Numbered from the stretch's first letter, positions 26,646 through 36,050 are shown. The stretch: DNA of 64,000 bases from a virus (IMGVR_UViG_3300036820_000013:1-64000), one strand, 5' to 3'. Notes: generated by a model not told the origin, from the letters alone. Translations and numbers: made by a program.

Positions 26646-27494
26646 ATGACAGACACAGATCAAGTCCTAACCGGAGAACTAGTCCCAGCGATCACTTCAT
26701 TTGGCGGCGTCCCAGTATCGCCAATCCGCGACAAGCCTCAGTACATGAAGTCCTTGGTCTACGGCAAGCCCGGCGTTGGCAAGACAACGCTCGTCGCGCA
26801 AGCCGCCCGTATCCCAGGCATGGCGCCGGTACTGTTCATGACGCCAGACGCAGCTGAAGCTGACACACTACGGAAGGCAGCGCCCGAGGCCATCGTAGCA
26901 TTCATCGATCGGTTTAGCGAGTTCGACAAGATCTACAAAGCCGCAGCCAAGCTCGCAGCCTCCGGCCAGGCTATCCCGTTCAAGACCTTCGTGATCGACA
27001 CTGGCACTGAAGCACAGAAGCTCTCCATGAACGACATCATGACGCAGCTACTCATCACAGGCCGCCCTGGCGGTGGAGACGTCAACTTCGACGTCCCGAG
27101 TGTGCGCGAATGGGGCGAGTCGATCAGCCAGATGCGCACGCTGGTCCGACACTTCCGCGACCTGCCGGCTAACTTCCTCATGACCTGTCACGAGGCAGAG
27201 GCCAAGGATCCTCGAGGCGGTAACTGGGTCGTCCCTGACCTGCCGGGCAAGCTCAAGAACCAGTTGTGCGGCATGTTCAGTAACGTGTTCTACATGGCGG
27301 TCGAGAGGAAGACCCAAGCTGAGGGTCGCACAAAGATCGTCACCGACGAGCGTCGGCTCCTCCTGACCGGCCTCACTGAAGGCTTCCAGGCTAAGAGTCG
27401 CACAGGCCTCTTCGAGCGGGTCGTTAACGATCCCGACCTCGGAGAGCTGTACCAGTCGATCACAGCTATCGGCGACGGTACATCGGCCCAATAG
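26646..27494 (+). CDS. AAA_24/Sak4-like ATPase (ssDNA annealing)
   Basis: YGKPGVGKTT, VIDT, TCHE, AKSR; lies between nuclease and SSB. Confidence 0.85.
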   Translation: MTDTDQVLTGELVPAITSFGGVPVSPIRDKPQYMKSLVYGKPGVGKTTLVAQAARIPGMAPVLFMTPDAAEADTLRKAAPEAIVAFIDRFSEFDKIYKAAAKLAASGQAIPFKTFVIDTGTEAQKLSMNDIMTQLLITGRPGGGDVNFDVPSVREWGESISQMRTLVRHFRDLPANFLMTCHEAEAKDPRGGNWVVPDLPGKLKNQLCGMFSNVFYMAVERKTQAEGRTKIVTDERRLLLTGLTEGFQAKSRTGLFERVVNDPDLGELYQSITAIGDGTSAQ

Positions 27495-27524
27495 GGCAAG
27501 GCAAACACAGAAAGAGAAACGAAC

Positions 27525-28061
27525 ATGGGCATCAAAGTCAACGTCAGCGAACAAGAAGACACATCCGGCGATCGGGGCTTCGACCCGATGCCGATCGGGA
27601 AGTATCACGTATCGGTCATCGCCGTGACCCTCGATGAGTCGCAGTCTGAAGCTCATCCCGGCGAGCCGATGCTCGGCTTCGAGTTCGTTGTACAGGACTC
27701 TCCCGGGTCGTGGCAGAAGTTCGCCAATCGGCATGACTGGGTCAACGCCTGCCTCTGGGACGGCGCGCTCTACACGATCATCGGCATCCTGAAGGCGCTG
27801 CCCTCCGACAGCGGCAATAAGAACGCCTACGAGGACCATGTCACCCGGAACCAGAAGGGAGAGGTCATCGACCTCGACATCCCGACGGAGCCGGAGTTCT
27901 ACGAGGGCCGGGAGATGATCATCCGGCGCGGACTGAACAAGAAGCAGAAGGACAAGTTCCCGGACATGCCGGAGCGGTGGATCGAGGTCCGCGGCTTCGG
28001 AGCATACGACCCCGAGACCGCGCACAAGGGTGCTCCGCAGGCTGAAGAAGCACCGTTCTAG
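27525..28061 (+). CDS. ssDNA-binding protein (DUF669-like)
   Basis: FDPMPIGKY; acidic C-terminus ending PF. Confidence 0.75.
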   Translation: MGIKVNVSEQEDTSGDRGFDPMPIGKYHVSVIAVTLDESQSEAHPGEPMLGFEFVVQDSPGSWQKFANRHDWVNACLWDGALYTIIGILKALPSDSGNKNAYEDHVTRNQKGEVIDLDIPTEPEFYEGREMIIRRGLNKKQKDKFPDMPERWIEVRGFGAYDPETAHKGAPQAEEAPF

Positions 28062-28069
28062 ACCGGCTA

Positions 28070-28194
28070 TGAAGATTGCGGGTCGAGTCGCTGGGAAATG
28101 CAGGTATACTCGGTTTAGCGGACAGGAAGCAATGCGACCCGAAAGGGTGTCCGTGAGAGAAGTCGACTGGACCGGCCTGCCACCCGCATCTTCA
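28070..28194 (+). ncRNA. Structured intergenic RNA candidate
   Basis: Closing stem TGAAGA-TGCGGGT/ACCCGCA-TCTTCA; internal stems; GAAA tetraloop. Confidence 0.5.
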
Positions 28195-28208
28195 GAAAGG
28201 ACCTAAGG

Positions 28209-28574
28209 GTGAAAAATCAGCAGCATAGTCAATCGGCGTTCTCTGACGACAGCCTAGGACTCAATCCTGACTTCGTGGTCTGTGGTGGACCGACAGCTAA
28301 CGGTTGGGTTCGTCTCTTCGCTAGCAAAGACCTAACGCGAGCTGAGCTCGACGTCGTCGAAGACTACGAAGACATCGACATCAGCTGGTATAGGGTTGAG
28401 ATGCTTCCTCGAAGGACTCACCGAACCATCACGCTATCGACAGTCCTGAAGCACCTCATTATCATCGAGGCGCCTGACTACAAAACTGCCTGGGAATCTC
28501 TATTCAAGGATTGGTCGCCCGAGCGTGCCGCCAAACCTGCGATCACCAAAGGGCAGCCCCAGCTGGAGGCATGA
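28209..28574 (+). CDS. Hypothetical protein
   Basis: AAAGGA SD. Confidence 0.7.
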   Translation: MKNQQHSQSAFSDDSLGLNPDFVVCGGPTANGWVRLFASKDLTRAELDVVEDYEDIDISWYRVEMLPRRTHRTITLSTVLKHLIIIEAPDYKTAWESLFKDWSPERAAKPAITKGQPQLEA

Positions 28575-29059
28575 TGTTTCGCATTTCCAAGACCTTCGAG
28601 TTCTCAGCGGCTCATCGCCTGAACGGTCTCGATCAAGGCCATCCCTGCGGTCGAATGCACGGTCACAACTACGTCATCGAGCTGTTCCTAGAAGCCCCTA
28701 GCCTAGACCCAGTAGGCTTCGTGCGCGACTACCGCGAGCTAGATCACTTCAAGGAGTGGCTAGACGCGACGTTCGACCATCACCTCGTCAACGAGACTGT
28801 TACGCAGCCAACTGCTGAACTGATGGCGATGGCGATCTACCACCGCGCCGTAGCAATGTATCATGAGGTCGTTGCAGTGTCGGTCAAAGAGACCGGCAAG
28901 ACGACCGCAGTGTATGCGCCGCATTCACTCCCGCCGCTCGATACGGTGCTCAACGTGCTCGAAACCCTAGCTGAGGAGCCGCCTGGTAGCGCCGATCGCG
29001 TGCGCCTCCAAACGGCGCTGCATCTCTTGGGCTTCCAACCCGAAGGGCTAGGTGCTTGA
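28571..29059 (+). CDS. queD: 6-carboxytetrahydropterin synthase
   Basis: FSAAHRL, CGRMHGHNY, DH, PTAE, VKET. Confidence 0.93.
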   Translation: MMFRISKTFEFSAAHRLNGLDQGHPCGRMHGHNYVIELFLEAPSLDPVGFVRDYRELDHFKEWLDATFDHHLVNETVTQPTAELMAMAIYHRAVAMYHEVVAVSVKETGKTTAVYAPHSLPPLDTVLNVLETLAEEPPGSADRVRLQTALHLLGFQPEGLGA

Positions 29060-29646
29060 TGATCGAGCGTAACGACGAAGGCCGCCTCGAAATGGATGAC
29101 GCGACCCCCGAAGAGCTCATGGCCGTGATTCTTAATCAAGTGATGCCAGACTTCGACTGGGAGAACGACGACGTCAGGGAAACGCCTCGGCGGTTCATTA
29201 AGATGCTCCGTGAGCTGACCGATGCGAGCGAGAACTGGAAGTTCACGACCTTCAAGTCCGACTCGAAGGAAATGGTCATCGTGAAGAACATCCGCTTCGT
29301 GAGCCTCTGCTCACACCACCTAGCGCCTTATACAGGCGTCTGCCACGTCGGCTACATTCCTGACGGCGAAATCGCAGGCTTGTCCAAGCTGGCTCGCCAG
29401 GTGCAAACAGCTGCGAAGATGCCGTCCGTACAGGAAGAGATGACGACCGCGATCGCGGACGCCCTCAACGACATTCTCGATCCGTCCGGCGTGATTGTCG
29501 TCATGCGGGCGCATCACTCATGCATGAGCCTCCGCGGAGCGCTCGCTCACGAAGCCGAAACGATCACGTCGGCTGTCCGCGGAGTGTTCTACAGCAACGA
29601 ACGAGGAATCAAAGAAGAATTCCTGCGCTTGATCGGACTGCCATGA
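29056..29646 (+). CDS. folE: GTP cyclohydrolase I
   Basis: ETPRR, SLCSHH, GLSKLAR, QEE, HSCMSLRG. Confidence 0.95.
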   Translation: MMIERNDEGRLEMDDATPEELMAVILNQVMPDFDWENDDVRETPRRFIKMLRELTDASENWKFTTFKSDSKEMVIVKNIRFVSLCSHHLAPYTGVCHVGYIPDGEIAGLSKLARQVQTAAKMPSVQEEMTTAIADALNDILDPSGVIVVMRAHHSCMSLRGALAHEAETITSAVRGVFYSNERGIKEEFLRLIGLP

Positions 29647-29804
29647 CTTGGAGAGACATTGCGCAGCGCTACCCTGAATTCGCGCAATGGATAGTAGCCA
29701 AATATGGACCGCTACCTGACGGAGAAGTAACTCAAACAGACTACGAGCGCTTCGCGGACGCTGATCGAGAGAGGCTCTTGACGATCGAGAGGCTAAATAA
29801 ATGA
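29643..29804 (+). CDS. 53-aa hypothetical protein between folE and the dpdA-like gene
   Basis: ATGA overlap with folE; overlaps next start. Confidence 0.6.
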   Translation: MTWRDIAQRYPEFAQWIVAKYGPLPDGEVTQTDYERFADADRERLLTIERLNK

Positions 29805-30607
29805 GCAGCATCGATATCGCGCTCATCGCTCCTGGAGCACTAACTGAGCGGTACGGCGAAGGCCGCCGATTCCAAATGGCGCTAGCCGGAAACCTGGCCG
29901 ACGTCAGTCAAGTCGCCTACCACGAGTTCTACAACCAAGCATGGAAGCCATGGGGCGCTGAATGGCTACTCGACAACGGCGCCTGGGAAGGCAAGCTTCT
30001 AGGCGACGATGAGCTCATCCAGATTGCTAGGCGTTACCGCGCAACAGAAGTCATGGCTCCAGATGTCATCAACGATGCTGCGGCGACCCTCGGCAAGACC
30101 TTGGAGTTCCTAGACCAATGGCGAGAGCAGCGAGACCGTCACGTAGTTATGCCGCGTGTCGCAGCTGTCGCGCATGGCAGCACTACACGCGAGGCCATGG
30201 CCTTTGTTTACGAGATTGAGAAGGCTCCCGAGGTCAAGACCATCGCAATCGGGCGCGCCTACTCCCGCAAGGTCGGCAACCCAACCGCGCGGTACGAACT
30301 AGCCATGGAGATCAAGAAGCGATTCGGACAACGGTTCCAGATCCACTTGCTCGGGTTTAGCGATGAGTGGCCCACTGAGCTTCAGCACTGTAATGGGGTC
30401 CCAGGGCTGATTCGCAGCTGCGACACAGTCGCTCCCTTCACGTATGCCTATTACGGCTACCCGCTCGAGGCTGCTGGAGTTGCCAAGGCTCCTAGGCCGG
30501 ATAACTACTTCGACCTGACCCTGAACGACATCAACCGGTCGCTGCTTGAACGGAACATAGCAGAAATCGACAAGATGGCCCAATCCGAGAATTGGAGGCG
30601 TTCCTAG
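29801..30607 (+). CDS. DpdA/TGT-like TIM-barrel 7-deazaguanine insertion enzyme (divergent)
   Basis: LLDNGAWE, APDV, VAHG, IAIG, IHLLG, IRSCDT in TGT motif order; operonic with folE and queD. Confidence 0.7.
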   Translation: MSSIDIALIAPGALTERYGEGRRFQMALAGNLADVSQVAYHEFYNQAWKPWGAEWLLDNGAWEGKLLGDDELIQIARRYRATEVMAPDVINDAAATLGKTLEFLDQWREQRDRHVVMPRVAAVAHGSTTREAMAFVYEIEKAPEVKTIAIGRAYSRKVGNPTARYELAMEIKKRFGQRFQIHLLGFSDEWPTELQHCNGVPGLIRSCDTVAPFTYAYYGYPLEAAGVAKAPRPDNYFDLTLNDINRSLLERNIAEIDKMAQSENWRRS

Positions 30608-31185
30608 TGTCAGAGAAGATCATAAACGCGACCGTCGATCAGAACATAGACATTCCTGATGGCTGGCATGTAAAGCGAATCCTCAGTACTTCAATCTGGG
30701 GCAAGCCTACCTCGGTCCTCATCACGGATGACCAGCCGCTCATCCCTGACCCTGCTCAGGCCGAGGGCGATTGCTACATCGAGGGGCCCAAGGGTAGCCT
30801 CCACATCATCTGCGGCGAGCCTAATGGCAATATGCTCTGCAGCTTTGGGCCAGAGCATGAAGGGCGTCATTCCTGGGAACCAGACCTCGACGGTTTCCCT
30901 GCCGCTCCCGCTGAGTACCATCCGGAATACTATCAGACCGAGAACGGCTTGGATCCTTGGTCAGTAATCAAGGCGTTCCAGCTTGACTACTGGCGCGGGT
31001 CAATGGTAGCGTACCTACTACGTATGGGCGATAAGCCCGGCGACTCTGAGCTTGAGGACATGCGTAAGGTCTACACGTTCGCAGCCGAGCGCCTCCGGCA
31101 GCTAGAAAACGAGGCGTATCCGGTTCGGCACATCGTAGGGAGCGAGGATGAGCAGATCCATCGAGGACCTACTGATCTGGGGTGA
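30607..31185 (+). CDS. DUF3310/T7 gp1.7-like nucleotide kinase domain protein
   Basis: HPEYY...DYWRGSMVAYLLRMGDK...EDMRK. Confidence 0.7.
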   Translation: MSEKIINATVDQNIDIPDGWHVKRILSTSIWGKPTSVLITDDQPLIPDPAQAEGDCYIEGPKGSLHIICGEPNGNMLCSFGPEHEGRHSWEPDLDGFPAAPAEYHPEYYQTENGLDPWSVIKAFQLDYWRGSMVAYLLRMGDKPGDSELEDMRKVYTFAAERLRQLENEAYPVRHIVGSEDEQIHRGPTDLG

Positions 31186-31274
31186 GCTATGCAACGTTCG
31201 CTACAAGAGCACCGACATGACTTGCGTACGCAACGAGCATCAGGAAGACACTTCACACAGAGCGGAGAACGGAT

Positions 31275-31487
31275 TTGAGTGGCCTAGACTGCAAGGGTCT
31301 ACCGACGAATGCAGACAAGTATGACAGTCGCAGGTATGCGACCGAAGCGCTAGCCTTCCAGCGTGTCGAGACGCTCAGGAGTTTCGGGATCTGGCCTGGT
31401 GTCGTCCGTTACCGCGATGGCAAGTTCGGCCTGACCTACGACCCAATCCGTGCTAGCGTCACACTCTACCGTATGGGTAACGAATGA
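31275..31487 (+). CDS. Hypothetical protein
   Basis: GGAG SD. Confidence 0.55.
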   Translation: MSGLDCKGLPTNADKYDSRRYATEALAFQRVETLRSFGIWPGVVRYRDGKFGLTYDPIRASVTLYRMGNE

Positions 31488-31629
31488 CTAAAGCACTCTG
31501 GTGCGTGGGCTGCGCCCTGCTGCTAGACCCTGGAGGGCTGACAGTTCATATTCAGGATCATGTCGCCGACGGCCTTAGTCCGTATCCGCCTCTATACGTA
31601 GTAACGATCGATGGAGATGGCCTCCCCAA

Positions 31630-34206
31630 ATGACTGCTGAACTAGTTCAGCCGAGCAGCCAGCGTCGTCACCCCTTGGCACAATGCGAGAACTGCCCCCT
31701 CAATACCGACGATTATGGCTACGTCCCTAGCTATGGTCCGGACCGAGCGCTCATAGGACTAGTTGGGCAGAACCCTGGCAGGGCCGAGATCAGGTCCGGC
31801 CGGCCATTCATTGGTCCATCAGGGAGGCTCCTAGACAAAACGCTACAAGCGTTTCACTTGGACCGTAGCAAAATGTTCATCACGAATGCTTGTCTCTGCA
31901 CAGATAAGCGCAACCCCAGTTTCACTCCACCGCCTGGAGCGATCCAAGCCTGCAGGCCTAGATTGCTAACCGAGCTGAAGCAACGAGGCGTCGAGCAGAT
32001 CGTTGCGATGGGGAACTCGGCCGCACAGTCCTTGCTCAGGACTAAGACAGGCATTACCACGCTGCGCGTCGGGCCATATCGCGAAACGCCTGAGCTACCC
32101 GGTGTCAAGATCATCCCGACCTTCCACCCTGCTGCGTGCCTTCGCTCATCCTCGTCATTTCCTTCCATGGCTAATGACTTTCAGAAGCTAGTTAGTCATG
32201 CCCCACCTTGGCAGGAGCCGACGGTTCGTGTCCTCGACTCCGAACGTGGAGCACTGCTAGCAATCAAGGTACTGCGCCGTAGGTTCCATAAGACCGTAGT
32301 CGACATCGAAGTAGCCATTGATAAAGAGAAGTCCTTTGACCACCCAAATAGGTTCGGCATCCTTTGTATCGGCGTCTGCGTCCAAAAGGGCATAGGCATC
32401 GTCTTTGGCGAGAAAGCTTGCCAATCTAAAGCGGTCCTAGCCGACCTGGCAGCTTGGTTTAAAGAGTCGGAGCTGATCCTCCAGAATGGTAAGTTCGACC
32501 TCGGAGGCCTGCACCCGATTGGGTTCCTGGACCTAAGGATCGGCCAGGACACGATGTTCAAGAGCTACGTGCTCGACGAGCGCTCTGGAGTTCATGGACT
32601 GAAGTACAACGCCGTCGAGAAACTAGGAGCGCCCCGTTATGACGAGGAGCTAAGTCACTACATTCCTAAGGGCGGCAACTATGGACATATACCGCGACGC
32701 ATACTCTATATCTATAATGGCTACGATGTCGTCTGCACATGGGACCTCAATGAGTTCTTTGACTCCGAAATCGATCGTGAGGACGCTCTTCATCTTGAAC
32801 CTATCCGCCCTCGTGCCGATGGAGAGTGGTGGGGACTGGGTCGTCTACATGACTTCCTCTGCGATGCCGCGACCAACTTTATCTACACCGAGCTAAACGG
32901 CTTCGCCGTCGACCTGCCCTACAACAAGGTGCTGCAGAAAGAGTATAAGGCCGAACTCGCCAGCTACGAAAAGACCATGACGAGCATCGTCGGACCGTTC
33001 AACCCTCGGTCTCCGATGCAAGTCAAGGACGTACTAAGGGACCTCCAAGTTCCAATCCCGAAGAAGAAAAACGCCAAGGGCCTCATGGCGGAGACAACTG
33101 ACGCTGAAGCCCTAACCTTGATGTTCGAAGCCTCCAAAGAACGTCGAGCGCGCCGCAAGGACCCTTGGTCCGAAGACGACGATGCCGTAATATTTCTTGG
33201 CACGATGCTCAAGCATCGCAAGGCCAGCAAAATGGACGGGACCTATGTATCAGGGCTACGCAAGTACGTCTGGCGCGGTCGTGTTTATCCAACCATCATG
33301 CTCCACAGTACAAATACCGGTCGGCTATCACAAAAGAAGCCCAGCCTACAGGTCATTCCTCGTGGCGACAAGCTGCGTCGTCAATATAAAGTGTCCAAGC
33401 CTGACCATGTGCTGATTGAGGCTGACTACGGACAGCTAGAGCTCCGCGTTCTGACCTGGTTGGCTCAGGATGAGTACTTCGCCGAGATCTTCAGGGACCC
33501 GACGCGCGACCTGTTCGACGAGCTCATTCCAGTCATCAGGCCAGAGAGGTCCTACAGACAACAGTTGTCCAAGAAGGATCGCCGCAACGTCATCAAGTGC
33601 TTCGTTTACGGATTGGCTTACGGCCGCGAGGCTAAGTCCATCGCTGAGGAGCTGGACATCCCGTTGCGGGAAGCTCAAGCGATGCTGCGGGACTTCTTTA
33701 GCGTCATTCCAGACATCGTCTCGTTCCGCGAAAAAGCAAAAATGATGGCCCTGCATGGCAACGACCTCATTACGCCGTTTGGGCGTCGTCGCAGGTTCAA
33801 CCTAATCACGGATGAGAACACCAAGGAGATCCAGAACGAGGCCTGCGCATTCTTCCCGCAGTCGATCGGATCGGATATCTGTGTCAGTGCCTTCACTGTG
33901 CTCCGGCCAGAGCTCAAGGGCGTAGCGTGGTGTCGTAATACGATTCACGACGCGCTATACTTCGAGACCCACCAGGACAATGTCGCATACGTAGGCAACC
34001 TCATGAGACAGCGTATGATCGAATCAGCCGTCAGGATCGTCGGTGACTACGTTCCGTTCAAGATCGACGTCGAAGTTGGTCGAGATTGGGGCACTATGAT
34101 TAAATTGGAAGAGTGGCTCGACGGTAAGCGTCCTTATTCATGTGCTGTAGAGCTCTGGAAGCCTCCGATGTTTCAGGACGTAGCGAATGTCTCAGCCAGC
34201 GCTTGA
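31630..34206 (+). CDS. polA: Family A DNA polymerase with N-terminal family-4 UDG-like domain and 3'-5' exonuclease
   Basis: UDG: CENC, GQNPG, PFIGPSG, TN, HPA; Exo: DIE, NGKFD, YNGYD; Pol: DYGQLELR, KCFVYGLAYG, HDA. Confidence 0.95.
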   Translation: MTAELVQPSSQRRHPLAQCENCPLNTDDYGYVPSYGPDRALIGLVGQNPGRAEIRSGRPFIGPSGRLLDKTLQAFHLDRSKMFITNACLCTDKRNPSFTPPPGAIQACRPRLLTELKQRGVEQIVAMGNSAAQSLLRTKTGITTLRVGPYRETPELPGVKIIPTFHPAACLRSSSSFPSMANDFQKLVSHAPPWQEPTVRVLDSERGALLAIKVLRRRFHKTVVDIEVAIDKEKSFDHPNRFGILCIGVCVQKGIGIVFGEKACQSKAVLADLAAWFKESELILQNGKFDLGGLHPIGFLDLRIGQDTMFKSYVLDERSGVHGLKYNAVEKLGAPRYDEELSHYIPKGGNYGHIPRRILYIYNGYDVVCTWDLNEFFDSEIDREDALHLEPIRPRADGEWWGLGRLHDFLCDAATNFIYTELNGFAVDLPYNKVLQKEYKAELASYEKTMTSIVGPFNPRSPMQVKDVLRDLQVPIPKKKNAKGLMAETTDAEALTLMFEASKERRARRKDPWSEDDDAVIFLGTMLKHRKASKMDGTYVSGLRKYVWRGRVYPTIMLHSTNTGRLSQKKPSLQVIPRGDKLRRQYKVSKPDHVLIEADYGQLELRVLTWLAQDEYFAEIFRDPTRDLFDELIPVIRPERSYRQQLSKKDRRNVIKCFVYGLAYGREAKSIAEELDIPLREAQAMLRDFFSVIPDIVSFREKAKMMALHGNDLITPFGRRRRFNLITDENTKEIQNEACAFFPQSIGSDICVSAFTVLRPELKGVAWCRNTIHDALYFETHQDNVAYVGNLMRQRMIESAVRIVGDYVPFKIDVEVGRDWGTMIKLEEWLDGKRPYSCAVELWKPPMFQDVANVSASA

Positions 34207-34348
34207 ACAGTGCATCGATATTGCTTGGCACAATATTGAAAACGTCCTAATGGAGGACTCTCCCGACCCATGGAAATGGAATTGGCGCTGGGGGCTAGCC
34301 GAAGCTTGGCTCCGGCAGGCCGAGAACCTTATGCGCAAAGGCGCTTAA
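34187..34348 (+). CDS. 53-aa Trp-rich protein
   Basis: Overlaps the pol end; AGGA SD. Confidence 0.5.
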   Translation: MSQPALEQCIDIAWHNIENVLMEDSPDPWKWNWRWGLAEAWLRQAENLMRKGA

Positions 34349-34480
34349 AGATCTTGAAATTCTCAACTCTTATCAATCAGCTAGAGGGGTGGAAAACCCA
34401 CGCTAAAATCCTCTATACCCGATGGAACTTTAGATCTAGCTATCTAGTGTTGAGAAAAATTATCCCCCTTTAAAAGGGGG
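34347..34480. promoter_or_regulatory. AT-rich nested inverted-repeat region
   Basis: TTCTCAAC/GTTGAGAA, TAGAGG/CCTCTA, CCCCCTTT-A-AAAGGGGG, two AGATCT. Confidence 0.5.
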
Positions 34481-34509
34481 TGTACGAAGCACATGAAAGG
34501 AATAGACCA

Positions 34510-34749
34510 ATGCCAGAAGACAAGATCCGCTACGCCAAGAACCAGGGTCCGGATTCGGTCAAGTTTGAAAGTACACTGATCAATACATACGAATTCGCGC
34601 TAGCAGACGTCGTGAAGGCGCTAGGCCTCCCGACCGGCCCTGAATGGACTATCGTTGTTCAGGCTGGAGCTAGCTGGGACATCGTACGCGTTACCGCACG
34701 TCGTGATTACGATAGAGCAGCGCCACCCAAGCCGGTGACCGAGGATTAG
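34510..34749 (+). CDS. Hypothetical protein
   Basis: AAAGGA SD. Confidence 0.7.
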   Translation: MPEDKIRYAKNQGPDSVKFESTLINTYEFALADVVKALGLPTGPEWTIVVQAGASWDIVRVTARRDYDRAAPPKPVTED

Positions 34750-34776
34750 CTGCTGCTACATCCCCAAGGTTACTGG

Positions 34777-34818
34777 GCCCGACCCTCCTCTCGGCGGACA
34801 GTAAGAGGAGGGCCGGGC
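34777..34818. terminator. Hairpin terminator at the convergence of both arms
   Basis: GCCCGACCCTCCTCT/AGAGGAGGGCCGGGC. Confidence 0.75.
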
Positions 34819-34829
34819 GTCTGCTTGGG

Positions 34830-35810
34830 TTAAGGACAAGTGAATGTCAACTTAACCCACGGCGAGGAGTGACTGCCGTCCGCTAGCGAGGCCCGGAGGC
34901 CTAGCGTGTAGGTCTTGCCAGAAGTCAGAGAGCCGACCTGCCAGCTCTCCGGATTGGTTCCCTTTGAGCGGAATCGCGGATACTTCGAGACCTGTGCCCC
35001 GAGACTGCCACCTTCCGACATAGCTAGTTCATACTGACCGATACCCGGCGCCGGCGAGGGGGAGTCGCCTATGAACCCCGCTGAGGCATCAAACTGCACC
35101 TTAACAGAGGTCGGACCGATGTTCTCGATTACAGCATTCTGCACTGGACTGAACGTCCAGTTGCTTGAAGGAGCCGGCGCGTTCCCATAGGCCATCGCGG
35201 CCAGCTGAGTAACGGTCCCATGGTAGACTGAACAGTCTGCAGAACCGACGCCTGGGACGTTGTAATCGTCCGTGAACTGCCAGAGCGTGTGCGGCGAGCT
35301 TGGTTCGGTGTTCTGGTACGCCGCGAGCCATTGGACTGGAAGCGCCCCTTGCGCCTCCCCGAAGTCGAGACCGCTGTAGGTCCAGAGGTACGACGCGATG
35401 CCAGTCCCATACAGGGACAGCATCTCGTTGTACCAATCAGTGAGCATCGAGTGCTCACCTTCCTCGAAGTCAGCGACGAACACCTCTCCAGGCTCGATCG
35501 CGCCGACTAGATTGTGGAAGGCCTGAGCCTGCGCTGCACCTGACTGTCCGGAGACCAGATACTGATAGATCATCAGGAACTTGACACCGCCGGCGTGAAG
35601 GTCAGCTCGGCGCTGTCCGCCATACCAAGCTCCATCATCATGCGCGTCCCCATAGAGAGCCCGAACGGCGATTGCATGGCTCCAGGCCAGGTAGGTCGCG
35701 TCGGCGACATTCGGATCGAACTCTGAGACGTCCGACATCAGCGTATAGGTTCCGGAGAAGGTTGCGACCCTCCAGGAGATGCCGCCCGCGCGTAGTGTCT
35801 TGCGTATCAT
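34830..35810 (-). CDS. Endolysin, GH25 muramidase with C-terminal FN3-like domain
   Basis: DVSE, DFE, WLAAY, LWQFT, D.S. Confidence 0.85.
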   Translation of the reverse strand: MIRKTLRAGGISWRVATFSGTYTLMSDVSEFDPNVADATYLAWSHAIAVRALYGDAHDDGAWYGGQRRADLHAGGVKFLMIYQYLVSGQSGAAQAQAFHNLVGAIEPGEVFVADFEEGEHSMLTDWYNEMLSLYGTGIASYLWTYSGLDFGEAQGALPVQWLAAYQNTEPSSPHTLWQFTDDYNVPGVGSADCSVYHGTVTQLAAMAYGNAPAPSSNWTFSPVQNAVIENIGPTSVKVQFDASAGFIGDSPSPAPGIGQYELAMSEGGSLGAQVSKYPRFRSKGTNPESWQVGSLTSGKTYTLGLRASLADGSHSSPWVKLTFTCP

Positions 35811-35828
35811 GGCTGTCCGCCTTTCATA

Positions 35829-36050
35829 CTAGTTAGATACTGGCGGCGACATAGTCCCGTCAGCAGGATGGACGACTACCGCTGGCGCCGGCTTGTTCGG
35901 CACCAGGTAGACACTGATGGCCGAGATCGCGCTGAGGAGCGTAGCGATCCACGGCTGGCCATGGCCGAAGGTCGAGAGCCCAACGGCAACTGCGCCGAGG
36001 ATCGCGACCGTGAACTTGTTGTATTGTGCGAGTCTCGTAAGTAGACTCAT
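35829..36050 (-). CDS. Holin
   Basis: 2 TM, VYLVPN, adjacent to endolysin. Confidence 0.75.
   Translation of the reverse strand: MSLLTRLAQYNKFTVAILGAVAVGLSTFGHGQPWIATLLSAISAISVYLVPNKPAPAVVVHPADGTMSPPVSN

Noticed and set aside
28070-28200. Known preQ1 riboswitch
   Set aside because: Lacks the class I stem-loop with A-rich tail; no recognisable class II or III consensus
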